Shown piece by piece: positions 44,432 through 55,338 of a stretch of 64,000 nt of DNA; the stretch's first letter is position 1, and every line of letters starts with the position of its first letter. The stretch is taken from the NCBI GenBank assembly GCA_024346625.1, contig AP024667.1, forward strand, positions 682,001-746,000. The letters are read 5' to 3'. The DNA is from Williopsis jadinii. Its lineage: Eukaryota. Made by a program: the position numbers and the translations under genes. Under the pieces are notes generated by a model. That model was not told the DNA's origin. It worked only from the letters and a program-made list of their open reading frames with translations, and made no database searches.

Positions 44432-45977
44432 ATGGTGCTCATTGGTGGTGTCAAATATGCCTGCGAGCGTTGTATCAGAGGCCACAGAGTCACAACGTGT
44501 AACCACACCGATCAGCCACTGATGATGATCAAGCCAAAGGGCCGTCCTTCGTCACAGTGCAAGCACTGTAAGGAGATGAGAAAGTCCAAGAACTCGCACT
44601 CCACCGGGGCGTGCACCTGTGGCAAGAAGACGAACAAGGTTGCCGCAGTGACGAAACACTGTGGTTGCGAAGCTGGCAAACCGTGCCAGTGCCATTCAAA
44701 GAGAAGTACACAACGGAAGGCAGCAGCAGTTGCCGCAGCTGCCAATGGTAGTGCTGGAGGCGATAGCGTCTCATCGACGGCAACTCCACAGAGCTCGACT
44801 GGCGTCTCTGGCGTATCGCTAACACCGTCTCCGATCCCACTGGCTTCGAAGCCAACGGTGGGAACGGCGTCAGTGGCCACAACCATCGTCGTCGTCAACG
44901 CCCTTGTCAACGTCCATGCCAGCATCAACGTCAACGGCCAAGACCACAGGTGTCCGCCAAATAGGCATGGACCCGCTGAGCAACGCCAAACCTGTGTCAC
45001 AGAATACGAGAACAAGGGTTGGTGAGGTGAGCGTTCCCCTTGAGGAGTATATCCCACAGAAGAATGACGGCGTGGGAAGCGTTAATGACAAATTTCCTGC
45101 CTTCTTCCAGGACGTTCCTCTGCCGTTTGAGCCTGGCCATGGGTTATTGGATCTGTTTACCGATACGAGAAAGGACATTGGAGTGAAGCGCTCCATGTCT
45201 TCGGCATCAACACATTCGGAGGCGCCATCACTGAGCTCGAGACCCTCACAGAGTAGCATACACCATCCACACTATTATTCTCCAATGATACACAAACCCC
45301 AAAACCAATCACAGTCCAACATGCTCTTTGGTGGCATAGAGAGAAGAGATACGTCGGATTCGTTACGTGACGATGCTAGTATACACAGTGTCGAAGTGCT
45401 ATCGTTGACACCCACATTCATGGATATACCTGACTTGTCAAGTGCTCCTGCTTCTTCATTCTTGAGAAAGAGAACACAGTCTTCGCAGAATTTGAATCAC
45501 TCACACTCACACTCTCAGCTACATGTTCACACCGATAGCATTGGCAGTAATCTGAACAATAACGTTAACGGTATGAACATTATGCCTAACACGACGACAA
45601 ATCCGTTCATAGAGTATAACCCACTCGTTTCACCTTCTGTGTCGACAACAGCAACGACTAATTATAATGATGACGTGACAGATGTATTATCATCTCTAAC
45701 AAGCCCAAAGGAGATCCAGGAAATGAATAATGGCCAAAAGCAACAAGAACAACAACAACAGACAACGATATCTCCACAACAGCAACAACAGCAGCAAACG
45801 CAGAACAATCAACTGTCAGATATGAAGGACCCAATAATAGGCGTAGATCCACAACAGACATTTGGAGACTTCTCAACTGTCAACTTTCAACAGGATGATT
45901 TGTCACAGTTTGATATCTTTGACCATTTCAGTAACGACACAATGTTTGGACTTGGTGATCCAGTAACTAATCGCTAA
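44432..45977 (+). CDS. HAA1: Copper-fist transcription factor Haa1/Cup2 ortholog, interrupted by a +1 frame change near 44880
   Basis: ORF 44432-45025 carries the copper fist (YACERCIRGHRVTTCNHTDQPLMMIKPKGRP). The overlapping +1 frame (open 44823-45977) carries the Haa1 motifs RVGEVSVPLEEYIP and VEVLSLTPTFMDIP. Adjacent to RAD54, as CUP2 is near RAD54 in S. cerevisiae. Confidence 0.85.
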
Positions 45978-46094
45978 AATATTTTAAACACGAGGTATAA
46001 TTTTGTTTTGGTATTTTTTTTGATATTCAATGACATTAATACAGGACCAGTCTTAATAAACCACAAATCTCTATACAGGTCTATATACTATGTT

Positions 46095-48599
46095 TTATAC
46101 ATGCGATATGTATTGGAACACGTAACTGATATCATCAAATTGTGCTTCGTTTTTCAACAAGTGATCATTTGTCCGTGGCAATCCTTCATGGTTGATATGG
46201 TTCCACGTTGTGGCATCACCGTATAACATCACGTCTGCACGACGTAGTTGTTTGCCGGTAGTTGGCTCACACCTCGAGCATTTAAACGAATCGTGTGTAT
46301 CGCAGATAGTCTTCTGATCAAATAAGAATAACTGACGAAGATTATCAGTGGAGAACAATCTCTCCACGTCCTCTTTTTCATCAACAACACATGAAGACAA
46401 TGACAACTTCATGCTTTGTCTTTGGAAGATCTTTTCCTCAATCGACCCAGTGGTAATAAATCTGTAAATGAAACAATCCTTCTTCTGACCATCCCTCCAT
46501 ACTCTGGCTAATGCCTGTTGATCCGATGCGGGGTTCCAATCAGGGTCTATCAATATCAATCTATTGGCACCAATCAAGTTGATTCCACAACCACCTGCTT
46601 TGGAACTCAACAAAAACACAAACTCGGGTCCTTCAGGATCGTTGAATCTATCAACCAATTTCTGACGCTTGTTTATGTTCATCGTGCCGTCTAATCTTAA
46701 AACTCCATACTTGTTATTTCTGCACATCTTTTCAATAAGGTCCAATGTCTGGGTATAGTTTGAAATAAGCACGATTTTGTCATCAGATTCCTGTCTAATC
46801 TTGGCAAGGAATCTCTGCAAGATGGCAAATTTACCAGAAAGCCAGGTCTGGACCTCTCTGTTACGACCACCACCAGTGATGGAGTTGACATAGTCATCTG
46901 GGATTAAATGACCACAACCTTCAAATTCTTCCTCCAAGTTTAACAAATCTGGATGGTTACAGAGTTTTTTCAAAAGACCAATGGCCTTCAAAGGTTGTGA
47001 TCCAACACCTCGCAAGAGTTTCTTAATATCGGGACTTGTGATAAAATGTTCATATAGACTCCTTTGGAAAGGTGAAAGGTTAACAAATATAACATGCTCG
47101 TACTTGCATGGTAAATACTTGGACAAAATATCATTTGTTCTTCTGATGATGAATTTGGAAACGATGCCTGATAACGCACTCAATTTTTGTTCTCCCTCAT
47201 GAACTTCCTTATCAGTTGCATCTGCATCGCGTCCTTTCAAGATTGGAAGTTCAAAGTTCTTTCTGAAATCTGCCCTTGTACCTAATAACCCGGGATTTGC
47301 GAAACTTAACAAAGCAAAGTATTCCGATAAATCGTTTTGGATTGGAGTACCAGATAAGATGACACGACGCTTGCAGTTCAAGGAATCTAGAGCAGTGAAG
47401 GTTAGCGAATCTCCGTTTTTTAAACGATGTCCCTCATCTGCAAGTAATAAGCCAACTTCACAGCCTTTCAAATGATCAACATTTCTTCTCAAGGTTTCGT
47501 ATGAAATAATTAGCACTGGTCTAACCACATTTCTTCCCTTCGCTAATGACCATTGCTGAATACTGGATGCAACTTCGTTTGGTTTGGTCGATTTACCATC
47601 GATTGCCAATGGTGTTAAAGCCCCCTCACCTAACCACTTAACCAATTCGTTTGCCCAATTTCTCACAAGCGACGAAGGACACACAACGATTGCCTTATCT
47701 ATTGACTTTTTACCTCTAGGGCCTTGCTTCAATAGTGTCCACATTAGAGATATACACTGGAGCGTCTTACCCAAACCCATTTCATCAGCCATGATGCAAC
47801 CTTTCGCTCTAGGATCGATTAAGCCAGACACACAACGGAAGAGAAACTTTACACCTTCAACTTGATGTGGCCGTAGAATCTTGGTCAATCTTGGATCAAT
47901 AACAACGGGCACGTCAGGGTATTTCTTCTCCGCTTCATTCGGGTCTTTGGAGATACCTAGTATCTCATTCAAAGATTTATGAACGTTACGCCTTTTGGAA
48001 GGGCGATTTTCTTGTTCTAGCTCATTTTCAACGATCTCCTTACCTTCGTCACGGGCCTTAGCCAAAGCTATGGCCTTATCCAAAGCTTCTAGATCGTCAT
48101 CACTTATGATCTTCTCAACCGTGGGGTCATAAAGAACGATCGCGGTCTCATCAGACGGGTCGTGTAGGGGTCTCGGAACCATCACAGGTTTCCTCTTTGT
48201 ACCCAAGGGTGGTGGCGGAGTGCCGTGGTTAGTGCCCTTGATCGTCAACGGGCTCGTGAACGACCTTTTCAACGTGGTTTCCACAACATCATCTGTGGCG
48301 ATACGCCGTAGCGCATTCTTCTTTCTTTGGATTATGCTACCATCAAATGCCACAACGTCGTTCTCCTGACCGTCTGCTTCAAGTGAGCCAACAAAGTACG
48401 ACTTGGGGCCCTTGAGACGCGCAGAACGCACTGCCTTCCCGGTATTAGTCATCGCACTCGACCGCGTCTTAAATGGTATCTTGAAAGGTTTAGAGAGTGT
48501 AGACAGCGGATCCGTTACAGCTCGTGGGCGCAAATGCGCCGGTAGACCAGCACCAGTTCCCAGCTCGACGGTAGGTTTATTAGGCAAGCGTCTCCCCAT
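46095..48599 (-). CDS. RAD54: SNF2-family DNA translocase
   Basis: PRPLHDP, VPVVIDPRL, GCIMADEMGLGKT, DEGHRLKN, LLSSKAGGCGINLIGANRL, QALARVWRDGQKK. Confidence 0.97.
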   Translation of the reverse strand: MGRRLPNKPTVELGTGAGLPAHLRPRAVTDPLSTLSKPFKIPFKTRSSAMTNTGKAVRSARLKGPKSYFVGSLEADGQENDVVAFDGSIIQRKKNALRRIATDDVVETTLKRSFTSPLTIKGTNHGTPPPPLGTKRKPVMVPRPLHDPSDETAIVLYDPTVEKIISDDDLEALDKAIALAKARDEGKEIVENELEQENRPSKRRNVHKSLNEILGISKDPNEAEKKYPDVPVVIDPRLTKILRPHQVEGVKFLFRCVSGLIDPRAKGCIMADEMGLGKTLQCISLMWTLLKQGPRGKKSIDKAIVVCPSSLVRNWANELVKWLGEGALTPLAIDGKSTKPNEVASSIQQWSLAKGRNVVRPVLIISYETLRRNVDHLKGCEVGLLLADEGHRLKNGDSLTFTALDSLNCKRRVILSGTPIQNDLSEYFALLSFANPGLLGTRADFRKNFELPILKGRDADATDKEVHEGEQKLSALSGIVSKFIIRRTNDILSKYLPCKYEHVIFVNLSPFQRSLYEHFITSPDIKKLLRGVGSQPLKAIGLLKKLCNHPDLLNLEEEFEGCGHLIPDDYVNSITGGGRNREVQTWLSGKFAILQRFLAKIRQESDDKIVLISNYTQTLDLIEKMCRNNKYGVLRLDGTMNINKRQKLVDRFNDPEGPEFVFLLSSKAGGCGINLIGANRLILIDPDWNPASDQQALARVWRDGQKKDCFIYRFITTGSIEEKIFQRQSMKLSLSSCVVDEKEDVERLFSTDNLRQLFLFDQKTICDTHDSFKCSRCEPTTGKQLRRADVMLYGDATTWNHINHEGLPRTNDHLLKNEAQFDDISYVFQYISHV

Positions 48600-48781
48600 A
48601 GTTGCAGCCGCCCTGTAGTGTTATGTATCGTGTTTATAGTGTGTTGTGATTTGTTTATGTTTTGATCTTTTTCTTTTTTGTTTGTGTAATTTTGGCCTCA
48701 ACGCCACCTACAACTGAAAAGTAAACAAAGCGAAACTCTATTGCGAACCTATTTATACACGAGATTTCTATGGTGATATTT

Positions 48782-49468
48782 CTATGCTGATGGATCCGCA
48801 GTGAACTCTTCTCCAAGGTCACAGTCAATGTCCATGGCGAATGCGGAACTGTTCTCCATCTCGAGTATTTCGTAGTACTCTTGCTTTCTGACGGGACTTA
48901 CGCTGAGACGTCCTCTCTTTACCAGAGACATCTCGCTAAGAGCATCATTTGACCGTAAAGATTCCAAGGTGATTTTACTCTTCAGTCTCCGTACAAATGA
49001 CACATCGACACACCACCATCGAGGCGAGTCGACGGATGATTTAGCGTCGTAATATGTACTGGTGGGATCGAACTGTAGTGAATCTGGGTGGGCCTCGTGG
49101 GCCACTTTTGCAATACCAACAAGACCAGGTACTGGGGCATTTGAATGGTAAAAGAGACATATGTCACCAACTCTCATATTCAGCATGTTGTTTTTAGCTT
49201 CGTGGTTTCGAACTCCGTCCCACGGTTCAAAATCCACTTGCTTCAAATCAGCCAATGAAAACTTTGCGTCTTTGCCTGATTTGGGATCTATTCGAGAGTA
49301 TGGTTCAGATTTGATCAACCAGTAACGTACGTTGTTGTTCTCTTGGTCGACAGGATACTCTGCTGGCTTCTTTGGCTCTGGACGCGTCACAACAGTGGCA
49401 TTTTCAAGTTGCTTCACACTGGGCCTCACTGGCTTCTTTACCGGTTTCTTTGTAACCTTAGATACCAT
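48782..49468 (-). CDS. EVE-domain protein (THYN1-like)
   Basis: YWLIKSEP, WDGVRNHEAKN, FYHSN, YYDAKS, PRWWCVDV, RLSVSPV. Likely ATG at 49468. Confidence 0.88.
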   Translation of the reverse strand: MVSKVTKKPVKKPVRPSVKQLENATVVTRPEPKKPAEYPVDQENNNVRYWLIKSEPYSRIDPKSGKDAKFSLADLKQVDFEPWDGVRNHEAKNNMLNMRVGDICLFYHSNAPVPGLVGIAKVAHEAHPDSLQFDPTSTYYDAKSSVDSPRWWCVDVSFVRRLKSKITLESLRSNDALSEMSLVKRGRLSVSPVRKQEYYEILEMENSSAFAMDIDCDLGEEFTADPSA

Positions 49469-49766
49469 CTTTGAGATTGACACCCCTGCAACGTATATCT
49501 TTGATGCCGCTGATAGTTGTGTCACAGCGTGATATGGAAACACGCGTAGGAGAATGTTCATCTTCACGTTCTATGTCGACCCCTTTTGTTTACAATGGAA
49601 ACAATCGCGCGTTTTTGGCGTGTTCTCTATGAAAGGCCTACCTACACCATACGAGGTTGAATGTTGATCACAGAGGAGGAGACATAATGTAGAGTTCTAA
49701 GTGAAGACAAGCGTAAAGGAAAAACAAATATATGAATAGTTCATGGAAGTGTACGTATGTAGAGCT

Positions 49767-50656
49767 TCAACTGATAATTTTCCCCTGCTGAGCAAAGTTT
49801 TCAATGAGCGGTGACAGTGGTTCTAGCTCTTGCTGTTCGATGAGACCGAATTCCTTGACAAATGATACAAAATGCGCAAAGAAAGAGTTCCAGTGTGCTT
49901 CCAATGACAAGTTTAGTATCTTATCGAAGTGGTTATAGTACATGTGTGCGAATATTCTAAACATTTGTCTAGCAATGTTCTTGACAGTTTTGATAAAGTG
50001 AGGCGGGAATGGAACGCCGCTCTTCGTGGGGAATAGCGTTTGGTCGTTGATCTTTTGCCCGATCCAAGAGAGTACGTATTCGATGTATTGATTGGCAGGA
50101 AGCTGTGTAGTCTTACCGTTTTGGTCAACCCAGAGATAGTCCGTATTAGGACCGGCGTTCATTGTTGGGAACAATTCTGGCTTGACGTATTCCCCAATGA
50201 CACCGTAAAACTGATTCAAATTGTTGTACATTTCAAATATGTTCTGTGCTACCCATTCATTAGGATCGACATATTTGGGCAGTTGAACGATGGTCTTAAA
50301 AGAACCTTTGACCAGAGCAGTTCTCACAAATGGTTCACATAGAAACAGTGGAAGGACATTTTGTTGGATTGCAAGACCTGTTTGTTGTTGTATCTGCGAC
50401 TGTGCATGTTGTTGAGGATGCTGCTGATGGCCTTGTTGTGAGATCTTCACTGGTGATTGTGATCTTCGTAGTGAGAGGTGTGAGTTGTTATTACTCGAGT
50501 ATAGAGATGCCTGGTCCTTCTGTTGTTTGTTCTTTTTGGAGGATCTACCAAACCCTCTGTAATAAAACGTATGTGTTAGTACGAGAAGTTCATTTGACAA
50601 AACAACCGAGAAAAGCAACACTGAACGCACTTTATCGAGCTGAAGAAGTTTGACAT
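49767..50656 (-). CDS. MOB2: Cbk1 kinase activator (RAM network), 2 exons
   Basis: Exon 1 50656-50631; intron 50630-50557 (GTGCGT...TACTAAC...CAG). Gives MSNFFSSIKGFGRSSKKNK and PFVRTALVKGSFKTIVQLPKYVD. Confidence 0.93.
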
Positions 50657-51714
50657 GATGGAATTCTAATCTAATTGATATCGTAAAGGTTGTGAAAGAA
50701 GGATTCTTCTGTGTTATTTACTTTCTGCACGTACATTGATCCGTAAGAAAACCGTTGGAAAGGGAAGAAACTTTGAGGCCTAATTTTCGTTTGTGAGATT
50801 GTTGGTTTGGGCCACAGAACATGCTGTCCCTTTCGAAAGGAAAAAAATGCCAGGGAAAAACACCCAAAATGGATATTACCCGATTGGTTCATTTACGGTT
50901 GGGCCACACTCGGTTGTCCAGGCGTTGGTTTCTCAGTTTCCAAAGTTTTATCACAGGGACGACATCTCGGATCACGGAACAAGTCAAAGTGCAACCAACT
51001 TTCCGATGGAGTCCAGCAGAACCCGAACCCGAACCTTTTATTCACTGCATCCTAAGATAGTCTCCAGGTTCCAAACTTCTAACAGTATGCGTATCTCTTC
51101 ACTAGCGATCATAACATTCACAAGACAACTCGGGTTTTGAACGGCCTTAGCAACATGTAGTCAGCCTCCATCAACGCTTCAGCTGAACAGAAGCATCAGC
51201 AAACTAATCAGTAAAAAGACAGGACATGGAACTAAAGGGAAATGGCTCTTTGAATACTTTTCCAGTTTTGCAGTTGTACATGGATCAACAGTGCCTCAAC
51301 ATTGCCTCAACATTTCAATGAGCAATCATCGTTTGACCGCAGAGACTTAACAGCTTTCTATTACGACAGCACCTCACCGCCATTTGCAGGCTAAATAGGC
51401 ATAGCGGGGCTGTCTTTTTCGTTGATACAGCAACAGTTGCAGCGAGAAAATGTGAGCGGAAATGCGCTTTTTTTTTCTTATTTCCGAAACGGTACCAACA
51501 GCGGCAGAACACTGATTAATTGGCAGACAAGCGGCTCGAAACAAGAAACCAAAGGCGAGAAAAAAAACACACACAACATACACAAAATATACGCACTTAC
51601 AGCACAAAAGGCTATCATTAGAATAAGATTGACAAAATCTGGATCCTTTTTTTATACTGTGTTTGTATAATTATAGTGGTCATAGAGAGAGATTCGTGTC
51701 AGCGTACTTCCGAG

Positions 51715-54372
51715 ATGTCTGATGTTCAACTACAGAAGAAACGCGTTGCTAAAGCGTGTGATATATGTCGAGCAAGAAAGCTCAAATGTGATGCTCTGAC
51801 ACCTTCATGCTCCAGGTGCCTGGCTTCCAAAGTGACGTGTGTCTACACTACGAAGGAGAGACGTCCCAAGAAGGTGGTCAAGAAGCATACTGCGCCTTCG
51901 CAACCATCAACTCTACGTGGGTTGGAGGACCGGATGAGAAGAATGGAATCTATGATTACATCTTTAGTGGGGAAATTGGAGAATGCACAAAATCTGGTAG
52001 GTGTCAACAGCAACGGGGAACCCAACCATACACATAGTGAAAATGGCAATGAAACGGATGAGAATGAAACTTCTCCAGAGGTCCAGAACACTGATGACGA
52101 GCCGATAGTATTCACAGGGCTACCGACTGCGGCGGGATCAAGTGTACGCTCAGGGTCCGTGTCTCAAGCATCATCAGATCCACACGAAGATAGCCATGGT
52201 CCACAAGTTGCAAAATATTTCGGCAGTCAAAGCACGTTGTCAGTGCTCAGTGTGAAAGGGATGCTCTGGCTTCAACGGTTCTGTGGTGATCCGGGGTTGC
52301 TTAACAGATTTCAACAGTTTCACAAGTTGACAACAACGATATTTCTGATGGCAAATAGAGTATGGTTTGATCCACCGGAGAGGTCCAGCCTGAGGAAGTT
52401 ACCACCAAGGGAGATGGTGGAACCTCTTATCTGGGATGTGTTCAACGAGCTGGCTCTAATACAACTGTTCATCACAAGGGAAGAGGTGGACAATTTGATA
52501 CAAAGGTACTACGACAATGTTGCAATGTTGAACAAGGTACCAAACAGGAAAAGGTTATCAAACTCAGATCTATTGACGCTCAATTCAATGGTTGCCATTG
52601 CCTTCAGTTTGGCAATGAAACCAAATCTGGACAAGAAAACTCTGGATACTTTTAACACGATACAAGTTGAGGTAAGAACCAATGCAGTGTTCTACTACCA
52701 GCGACTGTCCACTATTAGCGAAGGTATAAGGACAATCCAGGGTTTAATGATTCTAACCCTATACGCAGAACTGATGAAGTGCTCACCACAGACGTATATA
52801 CTCATCTCCACATTGGTGAGATATGCACAGGAAATGGGCCTTCATAGAAAGGAATCATTCATGGGATTGTCCGAACAAGAGGCCATGCTAAGGCGTCGTA
52901 TATGGATCTGTGTCTATCTTATGGACTGTGGTTCTTGTTTGAAGTCGGGAAAACCACCAATTATTCATCGAAAGGACGTGTCATCAATAACACCAGAATC
53001 CTATAGGGAAGTTCTATTCTATGGTGTACCATCACATCAAGTTGATGAAATGCTCTCTCCTGATTTTGATCTCGTGCGGGCGCTCAGTACAATGTCTTCC
53101 TCTGAGTTCCATATCAGCCCGGTTAAGAATCTACTCTTTTATTACCATGCAAGAATAGTCGATTTTACTGCAGTTGCCTATGAATGTCTATTTTGTGGAG
53201 ATAGCTTGGTAGGGATGTCACTGGAGCAAGTCTTGAAGCGTGTTGATGAAATGGATGGAATGTTAGATCAAAATTTGATGATGATGATGCCAAGATCTGC
53301 TAGACCAGGTGCTGACCTCAGCTCCATTAGAGAGCATGGTATCAAATACCACCTGTTACTATCTCATCTGTATTACCATTCTTTAAAGATGGTAATCAAC
53401 AAGATGGCGTTTACCAAAATTTGGTTGAACTCCAATGATCCCCCTTCTGATTGGGCAAGCATCCTCCCGGAGCAGAAGAAGCTGATGTTACGATGCCTAG
53501 AATCAGCCAGAGCAATCATGAACTTTGTGCAATTTGAAGACCATCTTAACCCGTTATTCTCGAACTATGCTTCTTTTCAATTCATGTCTGCATTCTTCAC
53601 TTTATTCACAGGGATTATTGAGTATCCAAACGCTCCATTTGTGGAACATGATTTGGAGATGATAACTAATGTGAGCAACAAACTACTGGCAAAGTACTAT
53701 GCTGATTGGGAAAACGATGAAACAAACTTCATGTATATTGTGATAAATTCCTGTGTGCGGTTTTTCATGAGGATCGCCGTGATGGTTCGTAATAGAACTA
53801 CACCAAATAAGATCGACCTAGATCAGGTTGAGGGTCAGTTGAGATCCTTTGAAAACCAAATGTCCAAGCTAGCAGCTTCGTGTGCTGTGGCACTACGTGA
53901 TTCTGACCCTTTAACCATCCTGTTGAACAACTCCGAAAGCAATGAGATGCAAGGCGTGAATCATCCTACAGCTGGTATTTTCAACCCTCCTGGAGCAGTT
54001 GCGAACCTTGCACGTGAAAGACCTTCGATATCGATGTTGATGAACCCGGTGCCTTCCAGTCAACGCGAGGGAACTCATCTATTTCCGCCTGCGTCGAATG
54101 ACAGGTTTTCTCCTGGCCATATTGGCATGGAGAGGAACAACTCAGCACAATCCGCTGTAGCAACGGAGGGACAGGCTTTGTCGCACACGTCTTCTATTCC
54201 GGACGTCACCCTCCCTGTGCAAGATATCACAATTGACCGATATGCCATGGAGCAGTTTGAGATGGAGAAGAATTCATCCATTCTCCAACACATATTTACA
54301 ATCCCCGACATGTTTCTCAGCGCAAATGAGTTTGAGAACTATGACCTCAACTCAAATAATATCCATTTCTAA
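51715..54372 (+). CDS. Zn(II)2Cys6 transcription factor with middle homology region (Hal9/Tac1-like)
   Basis: KKRVAKACDICRARKLKCD..CSRC..C, a coiled coil, and AQEMGLHR...RRRIW. First ATG at 51715. Confidence 0.9.
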   Translation: MSDVQLQKKRVAKACDICRARKLKCDALTPSCSRCLASKVTCVYTTKERRPKKVVKKHTAPSQPSTLRGLEDRMRRMESMITSLVGKLENAQNLVGVNSNGEPNHTHSENGNETDENETSPEVQNTDDEPIVFTGLPTAAGSSVRSGSVSQASSDPHEDSHGPQVAKYFGSQSTLSVLSVKGMLWLQRFCGDPGLLNRFQQFHKLTTTIFLMANRVWFDPPERSSLRKLPPREMVEPLIWDVFNELALIQLFITREEVDNLIQRYYDNVAMLNKVPNRKRLSNSDLLTLNSMVAIAFSLAMKPNLDKKTLDTFNTIQVEVRTNAVFYYQRLSTISEGIRTIQGLMILTLYAELMKCSPQTYILISTLVRYAQEMGLHRKESFMGLSEQEAMLRRRIWICVYLMDCGSCLKSGKPPIIHRKDVSSITPESYREVLFYGVPSHQVDEMLSPDFDLVRALSTMSSSEFHISPVKNLLFYYHARIVDFTAVAYECLFCGDSLVGMSLEQVLKRVDEMDGMLDQNLMMMMPRSARPGADLSSIREHGIKYHLLLSHLYYHSLKMVINKMAFTKIWLNSNDPPSDWASILPEQKKLMLRCLESARAIMNFVQFEDHLNPLFSNYASFQFMSAFFTLFTGIIEYPNAPFVEHDLEMITNVSNKLLAKYYADWENDETNFMYIVINSCVRFFMRIAVMVRNRTTPNKIDLDQVEGQLRSFENQMSKLAASCAVALRDSDPLTILLNNSESNEMQGVNHPTAGIFNPPGAVANLARERPSISMLMNPVPSSQREGTHLFPPASNDRFSPGHIGMERNNSAQSAVATEGQALSHTSSIPDVTLPVQDITIDRYAMEQFEMEKNSSILQHIFTIPDMFLSANEFENYDLNSNNIHF

Positions 54373-55338
54373 GATGTGGACGGAGGTGGCGAGATGTGAT
54401 TTACGTCTCAGGCAGCGTTGTACTGCGATCAACTTCACGTCATGGTATGAGTTATATCACGCTGCAATATAGTGTATGGAGTGCAAAATAAATGACGGCG
54501 GCGGCAAAATATAGCATACGCATCACGGTTCGACAGGAAATCTGCTATAGCAGGATTCGGATTGTCTTTTCTTCTCTCCTTTCTTTTTCCGACAGGGGAA
54601 GCACTAGAAAACCATAAAGTGTCCCTCATCAGCTCATTCAACGTATTACGTTATGTGGGAGTGGGCCTAAACCTCATGACCATATTATAAGACTCTCGAT
54701 CCTAGTCGCTGCTCAGGGACCGGAAATCATACTACCAGCATATTATGGACTGATAAATTAGCAATAATAACATGGTCAACGCCATGGAGTTACACACAGT
54801 TGACACATCTTGATGGCAACGGAAATCGTTGCATAGGTTGTTTCCGCAGAGGACCAAATTCGGAACTGTGTGGCCAATTAGTTACCACGGGCAATTCCAG
54901 CACCGCCTTTGAAGTGTAACGTCCTTCGGCTTTCGGTACTTTTCTAGGCGTTGGGATTGTTCAAAATGTCCGAACGCGTTGGTGCTGACCCAAAGTTTGC
55001 TTAACTCTAAAAACAAACAAAAAAAAACAATATGCGATGCGGTGCACCTTTAAAAATGTGAAGTTCTATAACGTTCACCAGTTCCACTACTGCAAGCCTG
55101 GCTAGGTTTGCAGGGAATTATTTGAAAATGTATCGGTCTGAGTTAATAACGACGCCCCTGTAGTGAATGAAGAAGAGGGTTTTAAGTTCATCCTGTTGAA
55201 CATATATATATAATTTTTTTTTGACCGTCTCTTCTCTGTTCTTACTCCCCCTGCTTTGATGGCTTGTAATTTGGTTTAGTACTCGAGAGCATCCACTATA
55301 AACAGAACTGGTATTCCAAGTCAACTTTTGGGGTTTTT

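Noticed and set aside
44813..44873. Possible 61-nt intron (GTATCG...CAG) that would restore the HAA1 frame
   Set aside because: The donor is non-consensus and the only CTAAC lies 6 nt from it, so there is no usable branch point. It is not formally excluded without RNA data.
54520..54540. GGTTCGA B-box-like motif as a tRNA
   Set aside because: No cloverleaf or A box nearby. No tRNA was found in the window by eye.
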